A stretch of DNA of 64,000 nt from Owenia fusiformis (lineage: Eukaryota): NCBI GenBank assembly GCA_903813345.2, contig CAIIXF020000001.1, positions 23,746,001-23,810,000 on the forward strand, written 5' to 3'. The first letter of the stretch is position 1, and every line of letters starts with the position of its first letter. The notes under the pieces were generated by a model. That model did not search any database and was not told the origin of the DNA. It saw only the letters and a program-made list of their open reading frames with translations. Below are positions 46,309 through 60,371 of the stretch, piece after piece. A program made the translations under genes and the position numbers.

Positions 46309-47868
46309 TGGATGTAACAGGCCACAATCAAGCTCAACTTATTATGATGTCACATTAAATAGAATAAGTTGATTGGTCTGATGATCAATTCATTTCTAAT
46401 ATGTCTATCATGTTTCATTGATGAAACATTTTGGAATTTGCATGGTATTTAGACGTCGTCGTGCACCATCACTATGCCCTTGTAACTGTCCGCCCAAAAT
46501 ACCCAACTCGTCTCTACAAAGTGTACTATCGTCATTGGGGCGGGGGGATCTAGAGATTTGATGCAAAACTAGATATACCAAGACTCTCAGAGAGAACTAG
46601 TGTATACTGGGAGCTGACGTTTGCAATTGATTTTCTGAAATAATAAGTTGATATCGATGACTGATTAAAAAACGTCTAGATGTCTTCAAAACTCACAAAG
46701 ACGAGATGAAAGTATTTTGTGGTACATCACGCCCTTTCCATTCACTTTCCTGATAAAGGAATCCAGCAATGTGTAGGAGGGATCTTGTAAATCAAAATTG
46801 TAAACAAGACTTGCTTCCGTTGTTCAAGTCGTTCGGTAAATATACATGAGAAGTACATTGCAGGAATCAAGACAGTAAATAGGCTAAGACCTTTATTTAT
46901 TTTGCAATTTTTTGCATTGGAGTCAATAGTAATCTAAGATGTTATTAGACAAAGTAATCTAATGTAATCACCAACCAACATGATTTGCATGTAAATTACA
47001 GTTTTATTGTTTCATATCTTTTCACTGATGTCAACAACCCTTCAGGATTTAGAAACGATCACCTGTGAATGAAGTAAAGCATCATCGAATCTGGTTGATT
47101 CAATTCATTAGATTTTACTGAGTTGCACTCCCCTCCATACGTTTGGCAATTGGATGGCATATTTAAAACCTGTCAATGTTTTGTTCCTTGATTACAATAA
47201 TTGTGAAAGTTTTGACAAATTGGATGATCAAAGTTTTCGATTCGCTAGATACGGGCTTTAATAAGTGACTTCCGGTTGCCATACTGATGGAGGGGAGTGT
47301 AGATAACAATTTGAACTCATTGCTGATACTTTCATCGGGTCATTAAAGTTCCGGCAAGAGGTCACGAGTTTGTCCCAGGCTGATCGCTCGTGTTGCATTT
47401 TCTGTCTTCATGATTGATTACATCACATATATTATTAATTTCGATTGACCTCAACATAATTGGTTTATTTTCGGACTCAGTTTACTCTGTCATTCCCCAC
47501 ATCCTTGCTGCAAGGGTATTTTACAAGTTATAAATTTAGGCATAAATGAAGTCCTTTGAAGAAGGATGATTCCCCATGTTGCGATCCTTTTGATCAGTTG
47601 ATTATCTATTCAAATTATACATAATGGTGATGAAAAAAACTCTGATGTATTCATACATACAGTTTCGTTGATTCCAAAACGTGAATTACCCAAACGCACT
47701 TACGTTTGGACCTGTATGATCAGCCCATGTACCGTATGATGTAGATACTTATTATAAGGGTATAGATTAGATACCAAGCCAGGAGCTGTTAATTACAAAA
47801 CTGGTTATATATAATTGAATAACCGATATAGATAAACAAAGTTGATTCACACAACAGGCGCACCTGTA

Positions 47869-48346
47869 CACTGGTGATCCACTCGATTATGCTGGTTACC
47901 GAAACGGTTCGTTTTGGTAACAAAATGTCGCAACGTCGAAGGTACGATTTTTCTTTTTCCTTATTTCACGCGTTGTAGGCAGAATCCCCACGACGTTTTT
48001 TCTCACAAACGTATATCAGTATCATATGTTTTAGAAAAAGTTCATGTTTGCGAAAAAATAGCTCAGAAGACAACAGAATCGTCGATTTAATTCCTCACTT
48101 AAGTTACATAAACGATTTGGGTTAAAAGTGCAGATCTTAAGAGTTTTTCGAAAAACCGTTTATATTATGCACATTTTCTTAAACATATGATACTGATACA
48201 CGTTTGTGTTAAAAACAGTGTCGTGGGAATTCTGCCTACAACGTGTGAAATAAAGAATAGAGAAAAATCGTACCTTCGACGTTCCGACATTTTGTTACCA
48301 AAACGAACCGTTTCGGTAACCAGCGTAATCGAGTGGATCACCAGTG
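47869..48346. mobile_element. Transib-type fold-back MITE
   Basis: CACTGGTGATCCACTCG ... CGAGTGGATCACCAGTG; 5-bp TSD CTGTA (47864-47868 and 48347-48351); arms of about 170 bp. Confidence 0.85.
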
Positions 48347-51300
48347 CTGTAGGCCGTGATAAATTGATAATTGAAATGTTTTTGCTTTGACCGACTCCAT
48401 AGCTACACGATCTACTTGCGGAAATACACGGAGAGTTGGCAACTTTATCCTTTGATATGTTGATGGACAGCCTGGTATTACCTATACCAAAGATAACTCA
48501 GTTGCCAACATTATTCTGCATTAATTAGACGACGGTGGGTATTATCATGATAATGCAGAATTCAATACACTTACAGGGGATTAGTGCCCCCCGGATTAGT
48601 GCCCCCCCGGATTAGTGGTCAGGACTGAGTAATTATCCTGTGCGAAAGGTAACTTAATTTTGGGAAGTCTATCTTGCATTCTCGAGCTAATGTTGTTTAT
48701 CTATACTTGCTGATCTCAGGGGAACGACATTTTCCCTTTGGGCATATGTAACGAATGAGAAACTGTAACTAGGTCTAATTATTCAAAGAATACAGTACAA
48801 CCCCCGATCTGTACGAGCAACTTGGCAAAGGGGACATATCAAGACTGAGGGTAAACAAACGGCGCGTAGAAGGAGAAAAATCACTTTGACTAAAAACACT
48901 GAAAAGCCACAATTTATATCTGCAATTAATACGAGTCCTCATTAACCGGGAACAATCATTGCAATGTGAGAGTTACTGCATTGAGGGCAAAGAGTGAGGT
49001 TTCTCATTGGATCGCAACTTCTATTTTACAAAAGTTCAACAGCAGGCAGTTCAATATAACAAGGTAAATTCGTTTAGAGCGACGAAAATATGGCAAGAGA
49101 ATAACGCGTAATTAAAATTGGTTTGAAGGGTCAGCTTAATATTAAAATGGAATTAATTCAATTCAATTCAATACATTTAGTATTTGTCATGTATATATTG
49201 TTTGTTTTTTATTATTTAATTTCTTTATTTCAGAGAAGAAAAACATTATTGTTGATAAAAAGTGTTAGGTAATATCACAGTTGATGTTATACCATATACC
49301 CGCAGTCCCGCATAATGCTTTTACGTTTTTATTGCCATAATTTATTTGATAATCAGCACTGGTTCAAATTTCTCCACTGATATTATTGCTTAAACCATTA
49401 GCTATAAAATTCGTTTAATTATTACTTGGAACACATCTGAACCTGAGAACATTGTACTATCATTTCCTATTTTTCATTTGGTATGATAGTTAATTAACTA
49501 TTTTACTAAAATATAGCGATGAACATATTGAATCAAATATCCAATGACGACGACGGTCGGCGAGGTACATATGACAGATTTTATGATACACTTACTTTAC
49601 AAACTTATACACACAAATTTTGAAAGTGGGGGTCAGTTTGTCAGTTTGTTATCTAAATTGCCATTTTATGTTGGGTGGAGCAGATTTTGGGCCCCTGACT
49701 ACCCATATCTGTCATTTATATAGAACGAGTACAATAGATGAAAGAAATCGATTGTCCAGTTAATAGTTCAGCAATAAAGGAATAAACACGCAAACATGTC
49801 TATGCTATTAACAGTAAGGACTGTGAGTAACTATAAATGCATATACATTCTGGACATTGTTGGACAGGAGTAATGCACACCTGGAATGCAAACACGGAGT
49901 GCATGTTGTATTCGATAACACTCATTGGCCTTTGTCGTTACTTAAAATTGTTAAGTAACTACTAGTGATGGACATTGTCCAGATCAACCAAGTGCAGATG
50001 ACGAAGATAGTCCGTCGCGTCACATTGATGAATAGGCTACCAGACATTTAAAGACACATTATGAAATGTATGCATTTTTACTTATGTTAATACGTTTGTA
50101 TAATTGTAAATCTTTCATTTAAGAGGTAAATTATGTACACAAACATAAGAGGTAAAACAATACAACGAAATTACATGCAAACGCTAGCAAGTGATGGATT
50201 ACTAAAAACGACTACAACCGGATGTGAAGGTTGCGCGTTGTTTTTAAACGAAACGTCTCCCCGGGAAGTGACCATGTAAGAAGAATAAAATAGATTTATA
50301 GCCGTCTCCTATGTCACAAAACACAGCGTAACACCCTGCGTTATTTATGGGAGGTCAGACGTGTCACGATCTTGAGATATCAAATCCCTTTATGAAGATG
50401 TAATTGCCAATTTGCGCATAATAATCATGGAAGTGAAAAATTAAAGGGTATGTAAAAGCAGGTTCATTATCATTACATTTACTTCATTTTTTATTATTTG
50501 GATGGAGGATAAAGACTTCTCACAGTAAAGTGATGTTTATTAATAGTTAAATGCTGAGAATTTAATAGTAGGATTCAGATAGTATAGTACTATACAATTG
50601 TCAACGACCATCGAACTCAGCTGTTACATTTATTTAATTTATCGCAACATCTCAATCAGTCACATTAGCCAATGTACAACATCGCATCGTGCACATCACA
50701 TCCTTGGTCAAAGAGTATTTCAATGCTATAGCAGTGAAACCCGATCTCGATGGATCAAGGCATGGCGTGATTTTCTTTGTACAAAATACACATCCGTCTT
50801 TTCAAGGAAAAACAGTAGTAATATGGGCTATAGTGTTTTACTCTAAGGTATTCAGTGAAAAAGAAAATCTTAAAGAACTATACCTAGAAATGCAAAAGTG
50901 CTCCAACCCGGTACCAACATGTATTTATAATTACAAAAACCACCGGTTATAATCGAATATGAATAAAACTATGAAATAATTTGGCAAACAATTGGGATGT
51001 TAGAGCGCTAGTCTAGTCAATGTAAAAACTTACTTGTTTACGCACCGTGACAGTGGATGTATCGTTACCACAAATTGATCGAGTAAAAATCTGTGCTGGA
51101 TAAGACAAATGATATTGCAAAAATCATGATGCCGTTAAACAATTGCAAAAAGCAAACTACACGTCTGGCTCTGGCTACTGTCTCGTAATGATTGATGCAA
51201 TGTCGATCATCCACTGAATTATGATAATATTAATTGTACTACTCGCATGATTAACTGAAGGTACTGTCATAACAACAGATTTTATATGCTTTCAGGTTTA

Positions 51301-51790
51301 TATCAATCGGGCAGAATTCAACATCTATAGGGAGAAACGGACAAAGCAACCCACGAGAGACGTACAGCACTGAGGAAACGAGGGCCTACATGGCAATGAA
51401 TAGGCGCGGAAACAATGATCTTTAAAAGAGAGCGATGTTTGATCTCAAACGGAAATTATCAGATTATGATCACATAGAGCTCGCAAAATTGGATAAATAA
51501 ATCGTATGAGTACTCTAAATAATTTTCACATGGATTTCTTTATAAGGTTATAGCCACTGCTTTATCACGTAACAGGCGGATAACCATTGTTATTTTAATG
51601 CATTAGGAAATAAAGTCTATTGTGTACTAAAATGGATATAGCTTTTGGGAAGTAACTTGTAAGTCCTCGGATGATATCGTCAAATACGCACAATGTGACA
51701 AATAATTATACGGGAAACGAAACATAAACTATCCTTGTATCACAATAATTATCATGATTTACTGCCGGGTATGAAAATGGTGATCATATT

Positions 51791-53203
51791 ATGACAATGG
51801 ATGCACTACGTAACACTGAAATGAATCTCTCATCGACTACGACAACACTGTCATTAAACACAACTTCTAGCGCTTATGTGCCTTACGTGCTTGAGTGGTC
51901 GTCAGAAGTCATATATAGAGTGGTGACTCTAATCATTGTGATGGCCGCGACTGTCGTTGGGAATATAACGCTTATAGTACTCTTAATGAAGAATCCCAAG
52001 CACAGACGGAAAAGAGTGAATGTCTTTTTGGTTAACTTAGCCATCGGAGATTTAATGGTGTGTATAGTGACGATGACAACAGAAGTATTCTTCATAGCGT
52101 TTGGTGAGTGGGTCCTTGGAGCTGTTGCCTGTAAGCTATTGCTTTATGGCCAAATTATGACCCTAGCAAGCGCGACTTTCCTTCTAGTAGGAATGAGCAT
52201 TGACCGATATCAAGTGATAGTCAAACCCCTCCAGTCATTAGCAAATAACCCATGGATTTGGCGCAAGGTGGCCGTCGCCTGGGTAATGGCTCTTGTGTTC
52301 GCCTCTCCACAACTGCTTATTTTTGTTCAAACAGACGAGGGAATGCACCCCGATGGTAACATTATCCACAAATGTAAAAGTCAAGGGTATACAGCCATGT
52401 GGCAGAGGAAATTATATTTCACCTTCCTCACCACGTATATTCTTATCATCCCCAGCATTATCATGACTTACTGCTATGTGAACATCATAAGGGTGGTGTG
52501 GTCTCGCAACAAAGGAGATGCCATTCTCAGGAATAACTCAACGAAGTCGATATCAAATGACGTTGCCCCTAATCTCAATCTTAACCGAAAACTTGTATCT
52601 AACTCCAAAGTGAAAGCCGTGAAAATGACATTGACCGTCATCGTTGCATTTGTGGCGTGTTGGGCCCCTTACCTGTTCGTAACGCTAGTGAGGATTTACT
52701 CAAACTACAAAATAAAACTAAAAATGGGGCAAGTGGTGGCGGAGACATTGACGCTAATCCATAGTGCACTGAACCCTATCCTCTATGGCTTGTTTAACTC
52801 TAAGTGTTCTTTCACCCATTGTTGCCCATGTCTCACTTGGTCAGGCAATACGGAAAGGAAAGGCGACATCAGACACCACCGTGAGACTATCCCGACCACT
52901 GAATGTCTTGGTAATAATAAGAACACCCCCAGACGACATCGTGCAAACAAATGGCTACCTGGATGGTTCAGTAGTCGATGTTGTCGGTGCAGCAAATCAA
53001 AACACTTAGCAGAATGTGATAAGACACAATTGTGCGAAACACTCATCAAGCGCAATGGTCACAATAACGGCAAAGACGACCTTCGAGAGGATGTCGTAAA
53101 ACTAGTCAAACAGAAAAATGAAAAGAGTCATAAAATGTGCCTAGATAAGACTATTAATTGCAAAGAACGAGAGCAAATGGATTATTGCATCTCTACAGTG
53201 TGA
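51791..53203 (+). CDS. Class A neuropeptide GPCR of the vasopressin/oxytocin/CCAP/NPS-receptor superfamily with intronless CDS, 470 aa
   Basis: Seven TM segments; GN (TM1), NLAIGD (TM2), WVLG..ACK, MSIDRY, KVKAVKMT, CWAPY and LNPILY motifs; N-glycosylated N-terminus; candidate 5'-UTR acceptor TTTCAG at about 51295. Confidence 0.92.
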   Translation: MTMDALRNTEMNLSSTTTTLSLNTTSSAYVPYVLEWSSEVIYRVVTLIIVMAATVVGNITLIVLLMKNPKHRRKRVNVFLVNLAIGDLMVCIVTMTTEVFFIAFGEWVLGAVACKLLLYGQIMTLASATFLLVGMSIDRYQVIVKPLQSLANNPWIWRKVAVAWVMALVFASPQLLIFVQTDEGMHPDGNIIHKCKSQGYTAMWQRKLYFTFLTTYILIIPSIIMTYCYVNIIRVVWSRNKGDAILRNNSTKSISNDVAPNLNLNRKLVSNSKVKAVKMTLTVIVAFVACWAPYLFVTLVRIYSNYKIKLKMGQVVAETLTLIHSALNPILYGLFNSKCSFTHCCPCLTWSGNTERKGDIRHHRETIPTTECLGNNKNTPRRHRANKWLPGWFSSRCCRCSKSKHLAECDKTQLCETLIKRNGHNNGKDDLREDVVKLVKQKNEKSHKMCLDKTINCKEREQMDYCISTV

Positions 53204-54507
53204 TGTTTTTACTCCAATGATGTATTAATCAAGGTCGGATAAGCAGGATAAATACGGATCCATCAATCAGGCATTTATACCCAGGTCTCTACAGAAAATA
53301 TCGTGACTTTGATATATTCATTCCTGATCTAATAAACACCATTACTTATCCCGGTTGGAAATATTCCATTCTTGTATAAAAGGACAGATTTGTAACTTTT
53401 CTTTTGATGGATTTGTATTCCATTAACTTTGTAATTTACACTATTACTTTTTAACTATCATTAATATGTCATTATGTCTGTATTTATTTATTAGTTAGAC
53501 TATGTTTCATTTAACGATGCAAATCGATAGGAAGAGCACGATAAACGTAAAGACTAGCAATAATACTATTTAAAGACAGCCAACTGACGTAAAAATAAAT
53601 AAAATACGTCCCCAGTCAATCCATGCTTCCGTTACTAAGCTCTTAAAGAGCTAGCGGATTCGGAGTAATTAATATTGTCAAATTTTACTTGCTGTAAAAC
53701 CTGATGTGAATGTACATTTTATTGGATAGTGTGATAATAAATGGTGAATTTTTACACAATGAAAACATAAAAAGGAATTTGTTAATAACATCTACTCATC
53801 CTTTAATAGTGTCTCTTGTTTCCTGTTAATCAATGAGCGAGGATCAATGAAGTGTGTGTGGGCAAGAGCGACCACGATGACAATGTAGATTTTTGTTATC
53901 ATCTATCGTCATTGAATTGTAAAAGTACATAATTGCTTTACTGGATGAATGTGGTTTAAATTGAGTCTTGCCATTGGCCGATTTGTTTGTTATTCTACAG
54001 ATACAGTATTCTGAAAATATTAGTGACCAGGTTTTCAGCATTGGCTGTCCTTCATGGTCTTCATAACTGCCTTACCCGTTATATTATGCAACCATTGAAA
54101 AGTTCCGGACTTGCGATTAACAGGTTGCCACAGTTTGCGACTCTTGTGACCTTCGGGGAACCAAGTGATCTTAACCGAATGGATTACTACAACCTGGAAA
54201 ACGTGAGCTAATTGGTCTAATCTATTTAAGTTGTCTCAGATCCAAGGGAATTTGGCAAGGATTAATGGAAAACTTTATTTCCTAACTCATTGCGTTTGTG
54301 ATTGGCAATTAGAATTCTCAACACACCCTTAGAGCAATGGAAAGACATCCAACACCGGCAGGGGAGCGCTTGGAAAAGTTTCAAACAATTGTAAATGAAC
54401 GTAATTTTATGGATTGAGAGATGCAGCTTGTTTGTAAACGGGAAATATGTATGTTGTAAGGCTAAGATTTTCCAAAAATTTTCATTACAGGTGTGCCTTA
54501 ACCTTGA

Positions 54508-54917
54508 AACTTTGTGTTATCCTTAAGAATAGGTCTGCCATTTTATCATACAGCAATTTAACTTTGAGGATCACTAATAATAGGTCTGCCATTTTATCAT
54601 ACAGGATCTAACTTTGTGTTATCATTAAAAATAGGTCTGCCATTTTATCATACAGCATCTAACTTTGTGTTATCATTAAAAATAGGTCTGCCATTTTATC
54701 ATACAGCATCTAACTTTGTGTTATCATTAAAAATAGGTCTGCCATTTTATTATACAGCATCTAACTTTGTGTTATCATTAAAAATAGGTCTGCCATTTTA
54801 TTATACAGCATCTAACTTTGTGTTATCATTAAAAATAGGTCTGCCATTTTATCATACAGCATCTAACTTTGTGTTATCATTAAAAATAGGTCTGCCATTT
54901 TATAATACAGCAATTTA
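54508..54917. repeat. 51-bp minisatellite, about 8 copies
   Basis: AACTTTGTGTTATCATTAAAAATAGGTCTGCCATTTTATCATACAGCATCT repeated head-to-tail. Confidence 0.95.
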
Positions 54918-56622
54918 GGTGAGATTTTCTGTAGATAATCACAGCAATGTGTTTTTGTGACGAACAATGTTTCATTTTCACACCAATACTACATCATGAT
55001 AAACCATGACATCTCATTTCTTCTCAGTCCTGAGATGCCATATTGTAATGAGCTTGATTTGGCGATCCAGGAGAGCCCAAAATTGAGGATTTTTGAGATC
55101 TTTCATCCCAGCTCATATTTCATCTAATTGGGGTCATACAACTTGTGTACCTGTGCCCATGCTAATTTCTGCTGTTAAATACAATGCCTATGATGTAATT
55201 TATTGACATAAGGTAAATGATTACATGATAACTATCACACTTATTGACAGTTACAACTCTTCCTATCTGAAGCGCTCGGGTCACAGCATATTCCTCATAA
55301 TATCAGAGCATGTTTCAGGTGAAACAGAAAGATGCTATGAGTATCAGAATGCCAGTACTACAATTTATCTATTGTGATTAGAAAAGTAGAAATGCCAGAT
55401 GGGGTATGCATTTACAGCTTAGGTGTCAGTTTGTTTCTGTTACATCAATGCTGTTTGCAGGCTTTAGACAACAGAGACAACACAATCTGTTGCTCATAAT
55501 TCAACGAGGACATATTTTAAGACTGATCAATGCATTTATATCATTGATAATAATTCCCATTAGCCTAAACCTTGGAATAAAACTGTTTAGTATTTCAAGC
55601 CTCAATGCATTATCCTTTGTTCATTGATCAATTTGTGAAGATATTTTTTCCATGGTTTTTGATCCGGGATGGCGTACATCGTGCTTCTATAGTCTTAGGG
55701 CCCCACATTTTGTAGGGCCTCAAATTGCAAAAATTGGTCTTCTTGGGCAAAATTATCAAAATAATTACGCTAAATTATCAAAAAAGGGACTTGAATTTTC
55801 AAAATGTGGCCCCCCACCTTGTTAGCTTCTTGATGAAAAACAAGACGCTATTCCAAGAACATGTTTTAGTTGAGCATAATCATACCGATCGCGACATAGT
55901 TGGAAGTTCTAACCCCTATGAAAGTTTCTACCAATGTTGCGACTATAGGATAGTGCACTATTCTAAGAAACAAAACACCCTTTAACCCACTGAAGATATC
56001 CCCGTTCCATTGTTCAAGGGAAATGGCTCAACAACGGATGACACCACCATTGATCAAAACCAATTTATATAATGAGACCCTTCTGTTGTTATTGTACCTC
56101 GCCAATCTACTCAAATCCCTAAAGAAATACACAAATGAGGCAATGAATTGCTAATTACAATTTAAAGGGATGTTGGTCATTTTCGTAATGAAACTATCAT
56201 TGTGGTGTCCCTGATCCTATCTACACGGCTTGGTCGGCTTCATTCTCATAGCGACTCGTTCCCTCGTCTCTAGGTTTTATTTAACTGACTATTCACGATC
56301 AGTAAGAATATCACATACGTTATCATTAGTCCAAGAAGTTGTACTTAATTTACTTTTTATTATTGATCTTAGCTTAAATGTAGGCTGTTGCAATTAGATT
56401 TGCTATTGTATAATCTGAGGGATAATGAGTTCAGAATAAAATAACTGGATTGGGCACTGTAACTGCCAATAACATTATTGAGTTTCAGCTGTTAATGACA
56501 AAAACCAACAAGACTCTAACAATGTAACCAAGTAATAATTTCTTTTAAAATGGTTCTTTATCTTAAAGTTATGAACACTGATTATTTGTAGTCTCAAAGT
56601 GTTGCCCTAAACCAAAGATATA

Positions 56623-56833
56623 CAGGGTGGGTCAAAAAACCATAATACTCAAGTTTAAGGATGAATATCAACGTTAAACCATGCCATGTATTAAAGATCA
56701 TCATTTCCTAACAATATGAAACCATCTGATTGAAACCCGTTGTTTTCTTGTGGAGTTACAGGCTAAAATTGACACTGGAGGTGGCATGAATCATTCATCT
56801 TCTAACTTGGGTATTGATTTTTTGCCCACCCTG
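56623..56833. mobile_element. Tc1/mariner-type MITE
   Basis: TA|CAGGGTGGGTCAAAAAA ... TTTTTGCCCACCCTG|TA. Confidence 0.7.
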
Positions 56834-58457
56834 TATTTATTGTCCAGTCCCTTGAAATGATTACGTTCCCACAAGGCAAGTGTTCTAGATTTTTATTGAC
56901 ATTGAACTTTTCAAAGTACAATTGGCAAATACCACTGGCCGATATAACGTATAACCAAATGTCAAAGTTGAGTCATTGACAACGAGAGAACACAGCTCTC
57001 CATCATTTCCTCTCTAGAAACACGTGCGTTTATTCAATGAAACAGAGTGTCATCAAATTTATTCACACGTTTTCAGTTGTTCCAATTTCATCTCTGACAG
57101 ATCCTACTGACTAAGTAAGTAAAATACAAATCATTCTCTAAAAGCAGATATATCATGTCACTAGAGAGATTTCAACGCACTTACAGAGTCTTTATAAATC
57201 CATTATGTTTAGAACTAATAAAGCGTGTCGTACTTCGTCATCATTTGACACGCAACTTATACTTATATAAGGTATAACTATATTCATAAACATAAGTTGT
57301 GTTTTCATGGATGACGGAAATCTATCTCGTAAACGATATATGGTTTTATAAACAACCGCGGAGTGGGAATGTGAAATATCCTACGTGAACCATCAATGCA
57401 ATAGTTCTCTCAATAGAAACCTCATTAAGGCCGTAAAAAGCTTTCTGATTTATCAGTTTCTCTTTATCTAAAGCTTGTGAGAGGTCTATTCCAGAGATAG
57501 TACTGGTTGTGATTGTGAATCCCATAATGCGTGAAAAGTGTCACTTAAATTCATTTATAAGTAGACTGCTGGCGAAAGAAATGTGTGGACGCTTTTGATA
57601 AGCGTTTTCCCGGAACACATAGCAAAGAACAGGAAGATAAATATGAGCATCCTAGATGAAGATGTATTAGAAACACTTTGGAAATCGAAGATTTAGTATC
57701 ATGGGAAATGCATAGCCTGGAGTGGGTCTCTAAATAAGATAATAAGATGGCACTAATGGAGATCTTTCAATCAATCAATCAGGTCAGGGAGTATGCCCAA
57801 CTCAGAGCTACCCTGCTCCCCGGGCCCTGTTTACGATGGCGCGCGGAGTGTTAACAACTTGAAAGAAACTTTCTTTCAAGAAGCAAGTAATTCGAACGAA
57901 TGCAAAGAGCAAATCAAAACGTATTGCTACTTGCAAACAGAAAGATGTAATGATCATTAAAATGAATCATCGATGCCCTCGTTGTCTAGTTTAGACGTGA
58001 TCATCCCTTTGCACATGTATTTCACATTTTTAAAATTATTCTAATGAACAAAATGCCTACTTATAATTCCATAAATTATATTTTATTTGAAAGCATAGCA
58101 TGTGTAATTTGTCATTTAAGATGGCTGTAACTGATAACAAAGCACCTCTATCGATTTTAATACCTCGTATTTGAACCGCAACATAATTCATGTATTTTAA
58201 TCAATATCGCTACTTAAAAGTATGTTTTTGATTAAATTCATCAATTCATGCATAAATTAACGGTTAAGATAAATAATTCGCACTACACGACGTACAAGCA
58301 TTGTAAATAACAACTTAATTAATTGGTGTTCCTTTCAATATAAACGCACGATTTGAACTTTTTGATCTCTAAGAACACTATCAACACACTGTTGAAAAAT
58401 AACGCCGTTGACACTGAAGAACACTTTGAGATACAATGGTATGTTGAGTTTGAATAC

Positions 58458-58761
58458 CAAGGAGGATTGGCTCCCAGAATCGAAGTCGATATTTTCCAAC
58501 AATGAAAACGCCGAAATGTCGTTATTTTCTGAAATTATAACCGATTATAAATTCAAAATAAACAGTTCAAAATATTCTAACCAATATCTCGATCATTTCT
58601 TGTGAGTTTTGGAATTTTTCGTTAGGAAATAAGACCAAAATTCACAATTCAAATGTTGAAGTGAACAAAATGGCGGTCGTTGGAATTCAAATTTTGTAGC
58701 ACGACATGCCCATATATGGGACAGAATATCGATGTTGCACTCTGGGAGCCAATCCTCCTTG
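58458..58761. mobile_element. 304-bp MITE with 9-bp TSD (MULE-like)
   Basis: CAAGGAGGATTGGCTCCCAGA ... TCTGGGAGCCAATCCTCCTTG; TSD TTTGAATAC on both sides. Confidence 0.85.
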
Positions 58762-59451
58762 TTTGAATACGGTACTCAATGTTCCGCTTGTTTTTTTCTC
58801 TACGAGATGAAGTATTGTTTTTTCGAAGTTCATACCATGGTTACGAGAAACTTTTCCCATCAATCACTCATTTTGTTATTCGGAGTAGAGTATTGTACTT
58901 GTCATGTTTGACCTCAACTAATCCCACAAGTGTTGTCAATGGTCAGCACTAATGAAGACCACCCCCACTTTGAAAATACAAGCTATATGTAATTAACAAA
59001 CCCAGGAAGTGGGGAAAATATCCGCCCCTATATATATAAGCCCCTTCCGCCCCCATGCATATGAGCCAAAGTAGAATGTTTCAAATGTATATTATAAGAA
59101 ATATTAAGATCATTTAATTAATACTTGATAATTTTGTACTTGGTTATCTTGGTTTAACTCAATGAAATCGCAAACTGACAAACGATCATTTCCTGTATTT
59201 TCCATCGAGTAAACACGGATATACAATCGTGCAAATGTTCCATATTTCATTTTACTACTGAGCCACTCGACCATGATATAACTGCTTAGAGGACTCCATT
59301 TCGTGCTTGAAGACTTTTTGAACGTCATCAACAAACGTAAAGGAACATATTAACTGATTAATGTCAAGTAGTGATTAGAGGATATTTGCTCCTTATGCAC
59401 GAAGAACAAATTTGTGAGACAACAAAAACAATATTCTCAATATAATAACTA

Positions 59452-60371
59452 CAGGGTGGCCCAAAAGTTACGTATTAGATTAGTATTACTTTAAGTAGGA
59501 AAGATTTTTAATCAATTAATTTGAAGAATGTTTATATAAAAGGGCTACAAGTATATGCAATCCTCTTCCAAAATTACCCCCAAAGTATTTTGAATTCACA
59601 ATGATATGTCACTTGATACAAGAATATGAAACTTCTTTTACTTTATCAAAACTACAGAAGCTGCCTTTTTAATACAAGGTGTCATTTTGTAAACGGTAGA
59701 CTTCCTACACCTATAAAGCATAAACATATACAAATTCAATATACATATATCAATCAATCAACGCATTGCAAGATTTTTGCTAAAACTGACGCCATTTTTG
59801 GAGGTCATTTTGGAAAAACCATCTTGTACAGAGATAGTACATGTTCATCTATAAAGCATAATTGTTACAAATACTGAAATATGAAACGAGTATTTTGTGA
59901 AGTGATATTCATGTGACAGCGAATATGTCAAATTTCAGAGAAAAATGATGACCAATTTAAATTGAGTACCCATTTTAAAAATCTCTTCTCAATCATACGG
60001 TCTTCGTACCCTGCGTGCAGAGTCTAGTTAAACTAAGACAAAGCTCTCTTTTAAGAAGTGAAGTCAAACGAATGCAAAGGGTACGGTCTTCGTCCATAAG
60101 GTATCAGCATATAGAAGTGAGTCCAAATCGTAGAGCTCCTGGAATCATGCACATGGTATGCGAATGAGACTCGGAGACGCTTCTTCAAATTTGATTTCTA
60201 TAAACATGCTAAAAAGAATTTATTTTATTGTCCCTCCTTAATTATTGCCTTCTCAAAACTATGAGCGGTTGTGTAATCAAATTAACATTTATGTTTGTCT
60301 ATAGAACAGTCGAATCTACTGAATTCTGAAATATTGTTTGTAAGTTACCAATTCACTTTTGGGTCACCCTG
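59452..60371. mobile_element. Tc1/mariner-type non-autonomous element hosting the 77-bp micro-MITE
   Basis: TA|CAGGGTGGCCCAAAAGT ... ACTTTTGGGTCACCCTG|TA. Confidence 0.7.
60007..60083. mobile_element. 77-bp micro-MITE with perfect 9-bp TSD
   Basis: CGGTCTTCG|TACCCTGCGTG...AATGCAAAGGGTA|CGGTCTTCG. Confidence 0.85.

Noticed and set aside
54616-54918. 100-aa repetitive ORF (LSLKIGLPFYHTASNFV)n
   Set aside because: A 51-bp minisatellite that happens to be stop-free in one frame; non-ATG start and no splice or homology support.
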